Below the pieces are notes generated by a model. It was not told where the DNA came from. It saw nothing but the letters and a program-made list of their open reading frames with translations, and did not search any database. Shown in pieces: positions 26,213 to 38,619 of a stretch of DNA of 50,331 bases. Numbering within the stretch: the first letter of the stretch is position 1; every line of letters begins with the position of its first letter. Both the position numbers and the translations under genes were made by a program. This stretch comes from Vicugna vicugna (lineage: Eukaryota). The stretch is from the NCBI GenBank assembly GCA_013265495.1, contig MU058584.1, positions 8,088,407-8,138,737 of the forward strand, written 5' to 3'.

Positions 26213-26435
26213 AAAATAGCAAATGTATACATAGGGTAGCTCTTGGCATATAATAGCCCTAAGCACTTTACATATCCTAACTCATTTAAACTTCACAAAC
26301 TCCACTAAAGTAGGTACCGTTATTATCCTCATATAACAAAGGAGGAAACTGAGGTACAGAAATAACTTGCCCCTGGTTGCAAAGCTAGAAAGTGGGGGAA
26401 ATGGGACTAAAGCCAAGGCAGTCTGGCTCCAGACA
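26213..26435 (-). mobile_element. MIR SINE
   Basis: 'aagcactttacatat..aactcatttaa..gaggaaactgaggtacaga..aacttgccc..aggcagtctggctccaga'. Confidence 0.9.
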
Positions 26436-27049
26436 CTGTGCGGGGTACATGGTGCTTCATAATTACGTGTAAGGTAACTTCACAGAATTTGTATATAACA
26501 CAGAACAAGATAGAGAATTTGGCATCAAAAGGAAGATATAAAGCAAATACTTGGAGTGTTCAGAGAAATGAGATACTGTTTTTAGTTCAAAGGATAAAAT
26601 ATTTCTTTCTGGAAGGGAGAGCATTTGGAAGATATGAAGGACTTAGGCATGAAGAATTTAGGTGAGGACAGGCTTTGTGGGAAAGTAATAGAGGTGGGAA
26701 AGCACAGAGTGTAAGAAAATGAAGATTTTCTTTTAGTTCTGTTGGAATATAGTTGGATGTAGGAGACTTACTGAAAGTTAAAGTGGAAAGAACCGTGAAC
26801 TGTTAGGGCTGGTGGTGCCTTAACCATCAGTCAGTCTAGCTCCTAAATTTACTAACAAAGAAAATGAAACCCAGAAAGAAAATGATGGGAGCATCATCCC
26901 AGAGGGGCTGTGACTGGCACAGCCAGGACCAGAGCTCTGTTCTAACTTGTAGGCCAGTAGTTTTCATATTCCACCAAGTTACAGGAGCAGATCATAGAGA
27001 GATTTTATATGTAAGTATCAGTAAACTTCTAAAGGATTTTGAGTAGGGA

Positions 27050-27230
27050 GAGAAGACTTGAGTTTGAATCCCGACTCCCTAACCTGCCAATTGTGTGATT
27101 GGAGGATTTTACTTAAACTCTTTAAATTCAGTAGGTTCATCTGAAAAATGGGGATAATAAAATGCTTATATCATAAGATTGCTTTGAGAAGTCAGCGAGG
27201 TGCCTTACACATAGTAAGTGCTAAATAAAA
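27050..27230 (+). mobile_element. MIR SINE
   Basis: 'gagtttgaatcccgactcc..catctgaaaaatggggataataa..acatagtaagtgctaaataaa'. Confidence 0.8.
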
Positions 27231-27374
27231 CATAAAATCAAATTTTCTTCTTCCTCCCTCTTCCTCTACGTTTTTTTCTTTTCCTTTTTTTAAATTTTTT
27301 TTGGTAAATTTTATTTCCTTTCCCCTACTCCTCTTTTTATTTCTCTTCCTCTATCAAATAGGAAGGTGGGAAAA

Positions 27375-27780
27375 GGCGGGCACTGACCCGCCCCACACCC
27401 ATCTGCAGTGCTCCTACGCAGGGTCAGGGTCTGTACCTCTTGGCGTGGAGTTTTGTCTTGGAAGTATGCTCTGACAAGCTCATGACAGATGAGAAGTGCC
27501 AGAATGCCCATAACCCACCAGAGATGCCCTCAAGCAATGACTGAAGGAATTAGGCTGAAGAAATGCATTAGCTTCTTCCTTGTCACACAGGTAAGATTCC
27601 TCTGAGGCACACGTTCCCTAGGGTTTCCCACACAGTTGATCTCCCATCCCCTCCCAGATAGCACACCCTTCATTGGCTGCCTTCCCTTCCCTAACTCACT
27701 TCCTCATTCCCCTTTCAACCTTTCAAATAAACTACTGGCACAGGACTGTTCGCCTGCTTTTGGGGGATTCCGTGCTAAGG
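27375..27780 (+). mobile_element. LTR16-like ERVL solo LTR
   Basis: 'cccttcattggctgccttcccttccct', 'caaataaactactggcac', 'ctgcttttggggga..ctaag'. Confidence 0.7.
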
Positions 27781-30700
27781 TGGGATGAGATCATAAATGA
27801 TGGAACTAGGTCCTAGAAGGTCAAGGACAAATACAAATAAAAGCATAGATTCTCCTGGTACAGAAGGGTGAAAAAAAGAAGGAAAAAAAAGGGACATTTT
27901 ACCGGGTTAGACCTGGCAGTTTACTGAGAGCCAAGCTGACTCTCTTGCCTATGTCATCCTGTCCCCTCATTGTTTATTGACGTTCCAGTCCTGAACAGCT
28001 TAATCTCAGAAGTCTCATTATAAAGTCTACTGGGAAATCCTGAATGGCCCGGCTCTTTCCCAAGGCTGATAATCTTGCTGGCTTTTTGACAGTAGAATGA
28101 GGAGGAGGAAGCCACCAATGCTAACATGCACCATGATTCTGGGAACAAGGGTATTCCCAATACACAGACACCAATAACTGTCATTTTCAGAATTACTGTG
28201 GTGGTGCTGGTGACAAAGGCAGCCCAGAGTAGTTGCCTGCTTATCTAGACAACAGTGAGTTTTCTGGAACTTTGGAGATGGGCCTCGGCCAGGAAGAGGC
28301 TTTTCTCTGAGACTGCACAAGCTTTGCCAGCAAAAACAGAGTCTTGTAGCCTAGCCTCACCCTCGTACCTAGGAGAGTGCTGCCTTGAACAGGGCAAGGC
28401 TGGTCTTTGTTCTCTGCTTAGTGTCTACAGCTTCATACCTCCATCTCCTAGTTAGACCTTCTTTGTGCTATAAGCCAGAATCCAAGAGAAGCTGTTGTGC
28501 ACAAGGCAGACAGCAGGAAGGGATCTTGAGCAGACTCCCGTGAAAATTATCTTTAAAAGTCGAGAGCACTAGGAGAATGAAACCAACTGATGCCCAAAAG
28601 GACCTTTTAACATTCTAGGGAAACAGAGACATGCAAGTTTCGGGGATTGTTAAGGCTAGACTTTCTGATGAGGTTATCACAAATATGACCTCTGTGGCCA
28701 GATGGCAATTAAGCCCTTTTCATGCAGTAAACACCTAGACCACGTAAATAATGTGAGAAACAGCTTTCTAACATGTTGAGATTTGGAATATGACTTGTGT
28801 TTGAAAGTTAAAATGATGGTACAAATATGGGCAAATTGAAGACAGATGATTTTCTAAAAATCAATTGATTGAAAGCAATTGTTAAAATCAGGATATTGGT
28901 CAAAAATGGATATTTCCAATCTCAGCAACTTTTCAGTCAGTGGTGCTCACCATTTGACTATAAAAATTTCTTGTTCACCAAAGGGTGTAGCACTCACCAT
29001 GTATTGAGTGCTTAGGGTGAATGGTACAAAAATGTCTATGATTATTGGAAAACTAAATTAATTAAAAATACAATCTATAAAGTATTTCCAATTTCTTTGT
29101 GTATCATTCCAATCTTAAAACAACATACTAGACCATAATGCTGTTTCCAAAATTATTTGACAAAAAGAAAGAAAAAAGAGTTTACTTTGGGTAATTTATT
29201 TAAACAAAGAAATATTATTTTATAATTCCTGAAAATATTAACCAATGAATTCAAAATAATTTTATAAGAGTTGAAAAATAAACTAAAAATACTAACATAT
29301 AAATTAATATTTACAAGCAAGTGCAAGAAAAATGATTCCCTAACCAAAAACTTTGTGAAGAAAAGACTAAAATAAATTGTAGCAGAAAAAAATTGAAAAA
29401 TAGCCTCATGATATACAGAAATTCCATTTTTTTTAAAGCAGTGACTGGAAAGGTTCTTGTTTTCAGCCAACTTGTGGTGTTAACCAATTTTAGAGAAAAT
29501 CACTTAAACAGAGAAATTTTAGTCATAAAATCTATACAAGGCAGTCACTCACTTCACCTGGTGTTGATACAAGATCAAGTGACTTCCATGTGCATGATTT
29601 CCAAAATGACTTAGTTAAAGCTAGAAATGAAGACCTTGGGGTGATGATTGATGGATGGGAATCTTCATTCCCTTATCTGGTGGGCTGTGCCTTTGGATGT
29701 CCCTGCGTTTCAGGGTAGCACATGCAGTATTGTAGTAGGTGATTACTTGACTGTTGGGCAGAGAGGGCATTAACATGCTAGAGGAATGTTCCTTAAAGCA
29801 AGGCTCTTCATCATGATTTCCTGCAGTCATCCAATCAGCCCTGAACAGATGATGCAAGGGAAACCCTCTGACATGCTTTAGTACCAAAGATTTTGGTACT
29901 GTGGTCTGTGGACTGTTCCTGAAGGACAGTGGTAAGAAGTAAATCATAATAAAGCATCATAGTGAACAAAATGTCTGCACAAGTCACAGAACAGACCTGG
30001 GTTTGTCAAACAACCATATGATTTGTGTTCCAGATTCTTTTGATGGAGACAGAGGTGCAAGGTTGCTTACCTTGAAGAGCAAGGGACAGAGGCAGAGAGA
30101 GACCTGAGACATCTTCATAGATCATTATGATATTTAGTTCCCTCAGGCTCAGTAAAACCCAAACTAGGAAAGGACATCTGGTCAAATTCTTTGCAAATTC
30201 TGAGTCAAAACCCTTGTGACTAGTACTGTACATTTCATATTACTAAATTAGAGCCTATAGGAGGTTTTATGACTGGTTCTTGGCAAAAAGATCAAAAAAT
30301 GTCCTTTCATCTGCCAGTGCTAACTGAAAAGGCAGTAGCTTTTTATAAGCAAAGGCAGCTGGCTGAGCATGTGTATTTCCTGAAGGGTGCCTTTGACATT
30401 TGAAACTCAGCATTAGAAACCTAGATGTATCCGGTGAAAAACAATCTGTGAGCTGCAAAGCTGCAAAAGTTTTGTGGATCATTCAGTGAAGTCATTTCTT
30501 GAACTGGTCTTCATTAGTGCTGTGAAATTGACAAGATCGCTCTGTTTGGGTGTTTTCTTTCTGTTTTCTATTCTTTTGAATGCTGATGTATTAGGTTTTC
30601 CATAAACTAAAACTTTCAGTGATAGGAATGTAATCACCATGGCTTTTATATTTGCTAAATTTTCTGCTTAAAAAAATTATGAGGGTAATGAATGCTTGGT

Positions 30701-30844
30701 GTAATAGTCAAACAAATATAAGTGACTAAAATATTGTTTCCCTTGCAGTGAGCAGTATTATCAGTTTACTCTGTATCCGTCCATACCTTTCTTAATGTCT
30801 ATAAATAATGTATTAATTTGCAAACCTTGGCAGTACAGTCTTCT

Positions 30845-31030
30845 CATCCCTGTTCGCACTCCTTTTTCAGTGTGACTTTGTAGCTCCTCCCATCAAGAAA
30901 CAGAGTCTATGTCTTTACCCTTTGGATCTGGACTTGGCAGGGGTGAGTTCTTTTGATCATTAGGGTATGACACACGTGACATTGGGAGAGCAAATGATGG
31001 AAGGCACTTGCCTTTGGAACTTGTCCTGAG
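30845..31030 (+). mobile_element. MLT1-type LTR 5' fragment
   Basis: 'gtgtgactttgtagctcctcccatcaagaaacagagtctat..ggatctggacttgg'. Confidence 0.7.
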
Positions 31031-31925
31031 CACCACACGAGTTTTGTCGCATTTGCAGTGTTACATAAAGATTCTCCAAATTATGAAGCAAAAGTAGTAT
31101 GTAAAGAAAGGATTTCTGAGGTCTCTGGTTTAATGAGATGGGTTTTGATGAAAGTATATGAGAATACATGACCCCTGTTCTTGAAAAGCTTTTCAGTCTA
31201 CCTGAAAAGACCAAAGGCATTCTAGTGGTCACCCCTCGCCTTTCTAAACTCTACTCTTCAGCCAGCGTGTTTCTCTCCCAGATCCCTGATATCCCCATGT
31301 TTGCTTGATCTTCTTCTCCTGTAGGGATTATGTAGAAGAGTGATTTGCTAAGTTAATTTACACTAACATGACAGGAATGTATTGGGTTATCCTTTTGATG
31401 TGGGTATTTGCTTTTTCAAAGAAACCTAGAGAGACAAATCAGAGCTTATTCCAAAAGAGCTTATTGAATTGAAAATGATGGAATTTTAGGCCAGAAATAT
31501 CTGATAGTTGAAAATTGACACACAACATCTTCCACCTCAGCCAGCCTGTCCCTAATACCTCCTCAGATACATGCCTTCTTCAGAACTACTGTTCCTTACC
31601 CCAGGATTCAGTTGGCTGTAATTGGAGATAGAATAATTTTCCATTTTATCAACAGAGGTGATAAAAAGAATTGTAATAATATGTTTATTATTGGGATCAG
31701 GATATTGATCACTAATGTAGCCAAAGATTTTTTTCTTATAAGTGACAGGAGAGAGAAAAAAAAACACATGACTCAGCTAAAACTATATACAAATATCTTA
31801 GCATGTTGAAGTATTAGAACCAATCAGGTCATTTTTTAAGATGTGTGAAAAATTGCAATAGCATCAACTCATCATTAACAGCACTCACAAGCCAGTTACT
31901 TCATTGCAAATGTATTCATTCACTT

Positions 31926-32400
31926 ATTTTTTTAACATTATTTATTGAGTTATAGTCATTTTACAATGTTATGTCAAATTGCAGTGTAGAGCACAGATTT
32001 TCAGTTATACATGAACATACATACATTCATTGTCACATTTTTTTTTCGCTGTGAGCTACCACAGGATCTTGTATATATTTCCCTGTGCTATACAGTATAA
32101 TCTTGTTTATCTATTCTGCATATGCCTGTCAGTATCTACAAATTTTGAACTCCCAGTCTATCCCTTCCAAACCCCCTCCTCCTTGGCAACCACAAGTTTG
32201 TATGCTATGTCTATGAGTCTGTTTCTGTTTTGTATTTATGTTCTTTTTTATTTTAGATTCCACATATGAGCGATCTCATATGGTATTTTTCTTTCTCTTT
32301 CTGGCTTATTTCACTTAGAATGACATTCTCTAGGAACATCCATGTTGCTGCAAATGGCGTTATGTTGTCGGTTTTTATGGCTGCATAGTATTCCATTGTG
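31926..32400 (-). mobile_element. Young L1 3' end (variant form) with ~20-bp imperfect TSD
   Basis: Same family as the 17468 and 20262 copies; flanks 'tgcaaatgtattcattcacttat' (31905-31927) and 'tgcaaatgtgctcattcacttat' (32399-32421). Confidence 0.95.
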
Positions 32401-32949
32401 CAAATGTGCTCATTCACTTATGAAATACTTTTGGAGTACTTATAATTTTTGGAGTACTTCTAGGCTTTGAAGATACCATGATAAGAAAGCAAACATTGTG
32501 ATTTATTTTCTAGTCTTCTGCTTAAATTATGTAGGAAGGCTATTTTTGTATTGTGCTTTAATGTCATGTACAAGCACCAGACTTTTAGTAAGTCTATATT
32601 TTTATCTCTTCAGTAACACCTACACTTAAATTTCCCCTTTTTTCCACTTTTTAAAAATCTGGATTATTTGTTCATCTCTCTTATCAGTGATACCACTTCC
32701 TTTGAAAACCCCTCAGGCCAAAGCACTGATTCTATCATAGTGTCTTCTCCTGAGCCTGGCAGGTTGGGTCTGCTTTTTCTTTGCTCACCTACAAATTCTC
32801 CTGTCTGTACCATTAGCTTAAAAGCCTTGGTTGCACGGGAAGTCATGCCATCTAACTCTGCTTACTCTTTCCTTGTAAGACTCATGCAACTTCAGTTTCA
32901 TACCCTGTGTGATTGAAGTAATGTATTATGACTTGCAACTGACTTTTTC

Positions 32950-34850
32950 CCCTTTTCTCACCATTTGTTGTCGTTTGACTAACTGAAAGTTACTCCTGAG
33001 AACTGATAGAATCTAATAAGTGGTCCACAGTTGGTCCTCAACATCCTGCTCTATTCTTTATCCTGATTGTTTGTCTAACATCCTTATGGTTACTTTCTTC
33101 TTTAATTATCTCTTCCTCTATCCTTCAACAACAAATTTCCTTATGTGCACATGCCTTGGACTTGGTCAGTGCCTGAGAAAATGTGACCTTTGAAGTTTTG
33201 AACTCTGAAATTCCTCTCCTGACCACAACCGCTGTCTTTCTCATGATCACTAAGCCTCATCATTGAAATAATTTTAAATTCCAGCTCCCTTGATCAGTTT
33301 TATTAATTTTACCAAGTCCCTTACTGCCTCCACTTCCTTTATTTACTTCCAAGTATAGCATCTCCATAGCCCACAACTCTTCTCATCTCCCCATTATTTT
33401 GCCAAATAAAAAACATCCAGTTTATGACAATGTTCTGATTCTGTTTCTGATTCAAGTTTGAAAAGGTTCGTGATGCTTTTGATTAATTCATTACAAATGT
33501 AATATCTCTCATCTCAGCCAGTCTTGCCCAACGGTTCCTTTATTCTTTCCCAGAAGCATCTGTTCTTATTCCCCCTAGAGAATACCCCAAAGTTTTCACT
33601 CTACTCAAAGTCTCAGCAGATGACCCAAGTTCCTATTTCACTGAGAAAAGAAACACTATCACATAAAAATGTTCTTAATTCAAACCTACATCTTCACTCA
33701 CGTTTCCCTCTTATTGAAATGGAATAAATATTTCTTATGAATTGCCAGGTTAATTATTCTACCTGTATTTTTGGTCCCATTTCCCCCTGCATCCTCAGAG
33801 ATTTTGTTCTGTCAGTAAGTTCCATCCTTTGCATCTCCATTTCTTTCTCTCTCTCTGCATAAGTTCCAACTACTCGACCCACGGACATATTTATTATTTC
33901 CCCTTTCTGAAAACCCCTGTACCACCCAACTTTCTCCTTCCCTTCACCGCCATTTATTTTCTTTCCTACCCAATTTTTTTGAAATAAGCCTTACTCACTG
34001 CCTGTTTCTTTGCCTTTCATACATCATTACCCACTCCAGTTTGCCTTCTGCCTCTTTTGATCTGACCTTCCCAAAGGTCACCATTGAAAAAAATCCTATT
34101 TCCCAAATCCAATGGCTTTTTTGCTTGCTTCATTCTTTGAATCTGGCTATGGTATTTAACAATAGTGACCACTTCTTCTTTCTTGAAAGTCTCTCCTCCT
34201 TCGACTTCAGTGTAGATTCTGTTTCCTTTTATTCTCTTCCTGTCTCCTTTATCCACTGTTTCGACCTCCTCTTCCTCTATCTGTGTCTTAATTGTTGCTT
34301 GTCCGAATTTCAACTTTGGTTCTCTTTTTGCCCGTCTCTCTTTCTTGGAGTGCTTCCAACCATTCTCTCTTCAGCTCTTACCTGAATGCCCTAAAGCATG
34401 TCCTTTACCCTCACGTAAGACGTCCCTTGAGCTCCAGATCCATTTCTGACTGCTTTCTGGAAATCTCTTCCCATTGTCTGGGTCCTGTAGATATACCCCA
34501 GGTCTAACTTAGAGCTTCTCTTTTTCTCATCTCTTCTCCGCTTCTCACCACTCCAACAACATCTAAAAAATCCTGTTTCTCTTCTTTCATCCTTTCCTAT
34601 TACTAATCTCCTCAGTTCCTCCATTATCTGAGAGTCACCCTGCCTCGTCCTCCTTCCTCACCCCATTAAATCAATAGGTCAAGTCCTCTCAAGTTTGTCT
34701 TCTCAGCACCATTTTATTTGATGTGGCTCTCTATTTCCCCTTCTTACCCTCCTCATCAAGGCATCCCTGTCTCTTTCACATCCCTGTAGGTGGCCTCTGT
34801 GTGTCCTGGCTCGCTCTCTCTTCACCCTAGAGTTTTCTTATCCTACCCTC
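32950..34850 (+). mobile_element. Long degenerate L2 (ORF2-derived body)
   Basis: 'ctctcctgaccacaacc', 'cctatttcactgagaaaaga', 'caaaggtcaccattga..caaatccaatgg', 'tgaccacttcttctttcttgaaa'. Confidence 0.75.
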
Positions 34851-36231
34851 AAGTAATACTTTTCTACGCTCTGACCCCACATAACACTCAGTGCTGGGAG
34901 GAATTTTTAACAGAGTCATTCCCTTCCACTAATAGATGAGTTACTAATGTGCAGGTGACCCATGCTTTATGTGGAATTATTCAGAATGTTTTTTTAGGCC
35001 TCTGAAATTAGGAGAGCATTTATTATGGACACTTTAATGTCTACAAGGTATAAAATAAATATACTTTAATATGAGTGAATAAACCTCTGAAGTCATCTTT
35101 GATTCTTACTGTATTTATCAGTCCTCTCTTCTATCAGTATTTTCCTAGTCATTAAAAAGAAACAAACCAAGGAAGAGAACCACACCTGCCACAAACTAGA
35201 TGATCAAGAGCTAACCCTTTTTGAAGTGTTTCTGTAGGAAAGCCTTTAGAATCTTTGCTTTTGTCTCCTGGTTTGGAGATTTTAAAGTTGTGTCCTTGAT
35301 TATGAAAACTTTAGAAAATGAAGTGTAGAATAAATAGAAAAGATGAAACTTAGTTTTGCTACTTGTTAAAATTCTGATTGAAACACATTGTGGAGAGGAG
35401 GGTATAATAAATCGAAGTTCTTGTGATTTTAAGTGGGTGCGAATTATATATAGGTTTATTCCTATTAGTGTCAATAATTGAGAGTTGACAGTGTGTTTCT
35501 ACTTTTTTTTCACTTCGACATACAGTTTGCATAGATGAAGCAAAGCACCAGAGTTGTGGTGGTGCAGAATTTTTCTATAAGTTTATTTCTGATGCCAAGA
35601 AACAAAAAAAATTGAGTGCTTAATAATGCATGAATTAATTATGGAATCAGAATAAAGTTCAGTGCTTTTTACTGTGATTCTCTTTCTCATGTAACAGTCA
35701 GCATTCTACACTATTGCATTGCCTTAGATGATAATAAAATTAGGGCAAAGAACATAATGAAAGAGGGTTTTATTTTGAAAGAGATTTGACATCTAGACCT
35801 GGGACTGACCGTCAACTTGGTTATTCATTAACGTGTGCATGTGTGTGTCATTAGGTATATATATCTCAAATTAGTGAAAGTGAAAGTGATTTTAAATGAT
35901 TTTTAAAATATAAATAAGTATTTTCATAATGCTTTGAAATTTTGGACTGGTCCTGTAGGATTATGATGTAGATAAATGATGTCTTCTCAAAAGTAGATGT
36001 TTGACATTCTTCAACTTAGACAAGTGATTTCTGGACATTCCATAAACTACTGTCGGTATGTCAAGCTCAAAATCAGGACACTTAGTTTCTTTTCTATTAA
36101 AAGAAAATGTCGTGATGAAAACGTGGTACAGCATTGACCTTACAAAAGACTTGAAAAGACTATTCCTGTGGTAAAGTTAAATAAAACTCTTTGTTTCAAA
36201 TGGGTTTCAGAATGTACATAAGCCAGTTTTA

Positions 36232-36295
36232 AGACCCAGTGACTAACACTGTTATTAATTTTTATCTACTGGTGGTAGTGTTAGTCACTGCGTCT
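36232..36295 (+). other. 64-nt hairpin (pre-miRNA-like, or MITE remnant)
   Basis: 18/19-bp Watson-Crick arms extended by 7 inner pairs (5 G-U) on the + strand; 12-nt loop. Confidence 0.6.
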
Positions 36296-37871
36296 CCCGT
36301 TGCATCAAGATACATAAAGGAGCTGTAGAATTTTTGTAAAACGGAATGTGGTAATCCCTATATGTAACGCAAAGCTTTTCATATTTTAGTCTTTTGTATG
36401 ATTCATCTAATTCAGAAGATGGAACCAGTGCAAATGCCAGATCGTTTTCTACTGTGTAAACTTGTTTTTCATTAGATAATGGAACAATGTCGGTTGGGTT
36501 TTTTTTTTTTTTATGGGTTATGTTTCATTACTAATGAGACAGTAGCCACTTTAGAAGATAAATAGATTATATGAGACAATTTCATGTGATTTGTTGAAGA
36601 CTGAAATGTCTAAAGGTACTTCATACTGAAGTCTTCTGAGAGTCAGAGAACAGTATCTAAGTTTTAGAAGTTAACTCACTTCCAGAACTGGCTCAGAGCC
36701 TAAAGGAAATTAGCCCAAACTCAAAAATGCTGGGTGGTACAATAATATTTGAAATAGAATTGAAAGCTCTCTATGTAAATGTAATATGCTGCACAAGTAA
36801 ATTCAATGCATGTGTCTGTAATATGTTCCCCCTTGCGGAGAGGGTGACTGCGCTTTGACCCAACTGTGACATTATGCTGGCACTAGTAAGTAGTTTGAGC
36901 CAGTGAATATCTGATGAGGTAATACTTACATGGGCTGATGTAATTATTTTAGTGAGTCTTTAAGACTTTTAATCAAACTTCTGAAGATCTCTTCATACAA
37001 TCCTAAGAAGTGAGAGTTAGTGATGGGTCCAAATATATAACCCTCTAATTCCAAAGGAATGTGTTCTCTTGTGACCATTGCTAAATGAATATATTGTTTC
37101 CCTGCATGAAGTACTTTAAGTTCACTTTTGTGGTTTTCAGAAGAACCCTTGAGGGTCGTTACTTTCCTTTCCTAATCTGTCAAATTTGAATACTTTAATC
37201 TCCAGTTAGGGAAAATTTATTTATTAAAACTGAAATGGGGATTAGGAAATTTAGTCACAGCAAATGAGTCTTTTGGTGGAGAAAAATCTGAAGGGAAATT
37301 CACCATTAATTTTTGGGCTAGTCAAGTCATAACTCTTTTAACCCATGGGAATTCCATTCTTGCCCTTTAGGAGTTTTTACGCAGTCTAGTAACAAGTCTT
37401 CATTCAGCATTGTTAGTCTGGGTTTGGTTCTTCTTAAATGCCACTCCAATTTTAACCTTTCTAAATGATCTGCTGGCTATGAATCCTTTGTGTTATCTTA
37501 AAACACATTTATTCCTGTCTGAAATGTTGAGCAGATCATGAATGAGACAGTGAAGGGTTATTCAGTCTTCATGAACTGGAAGTAAGTTTTTCTTTTTCCA
37601 CACCCTCACCGTGCCCCACACGCAAACTGGCGTTCTTCTAGTCCTTAGCATTTCAGAGCTGAAAGGCCCAATCTAGGGTTTCAGAGCATCCCTGAGATAC
37701 TTAGGAAAATGGATCAAGATGAGATGGATTTCTGTTCCCTTGAATGGGGAGTTGAAATTAAATGATGTGTTCATGATTGTTTATCTAGGTGGCTGAACTG
37801 CACAAACCTAATATCTGAATTACCCAAAATAAAAAGTTGATTGTTCATTGTTGTGTATTCCAGGGACTTTT

Positions 37872-38003
37872 AAAAATTTATTTTTTATTGAAGTATAGTT
37901 GATGTACAATATTTATAAGTTACAGATGTATAATATAGTAATTCACACTTTTTAAAGTTTATACTCTGTTTATAGTTAGTATAAAATATTGGCTATCTTC
38001 CTT
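37872..38003 (-). mobile_element. Short L1 3' tail (older laurasiatherian/cetartiodactyl type)
   Basis: 'ttttattgaagtatagttgatgtacaatat..aaaatattggctat'; possible TSD agggactttt (37862) / agggagtttt (38005). Confidence 0.8.
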
Positions 38004-38196
38004 TAGGGAGTTTTTGTGTAAGTACCACGTGCTAACTGATTGTGCCACTGGAACTCCTTAGGGAGGTTTTGAATCAAAGAATTTGGGATTCTTAAAGAAC
38101 ACGAAAACTTGAGTCCTTTTTGGAGATTTCCCTGATGTTTTGTAAAAACTAGCTATCTTTTTAAATTGGAGAATTTTTTTTCTACTGCCTCAAGGA

Positions 38197-38263
38197 CTTT
38201 GCATATGCTGTTCCCTTGTAGAATGCTATCTTTGCATATGCTGTTCCCTTGTAGAATGCTATC
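38197..38263. repeat. Perfect 33-bp tandem duplication inside an L2 3' fragment (~38180-38560, + strand)
   Basis: (ctttgcatatgctgttcccttgtagaatgctat)x2. Confidence 0.97.
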
Positions 38264-38619
38264 AAAAGATAGCATTTGCCCAATTAATTTTTTGACACTT
38301 AAGATTCAGTTTATACATGCCTACCTTATGACCCCTCAGCCCAAGTCTGGATTCTTGTTATATGCTATTGTAGATCTTTGCAAACATTATTCAGGGCACT
38401 TACTACAAGTAGTACTTTCCCATTTTTTTGTACATGTGATTAATTTTAATGTGTCTCCCCCACTGAACTCTAAAGCTTTGTCTGATTTTCTAACTCCAAA
38501 CACTTCCAAGTGCCTAGAAGCGTACTTTGTATATATATTGCAGATATTCAGTGCAGAGCTGTGACTAAAATATAAGAACAATAGTAGGAATGGAACACTT
38601 TGCCCGAGAAATTAATTGT

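Noticed and set aside
28664..28695. CTGATGA followed by a real stem gaggttat/atgacctc
   Set aside because: The stem is followed by TCTG rather than the invariant GAAA, so it is not a hammerhead.
32426..32460. Short tandem duplications (ttttggagtactt x2; also ~20814 and ~38611)
   Set aside because: These are ordinary slippage products, not a CRISPR-like or other array.
36110..36165. GTGATGA C-box suggesting a C/D snoRNA
   Set aside because: There is no CTGA D-box with a terminal stem at a suitable distance.
36375..36460. Possible exon after 'ttttcatattttag'
   Set aside because: There is no convincing donor site and the peptide is not recognised.
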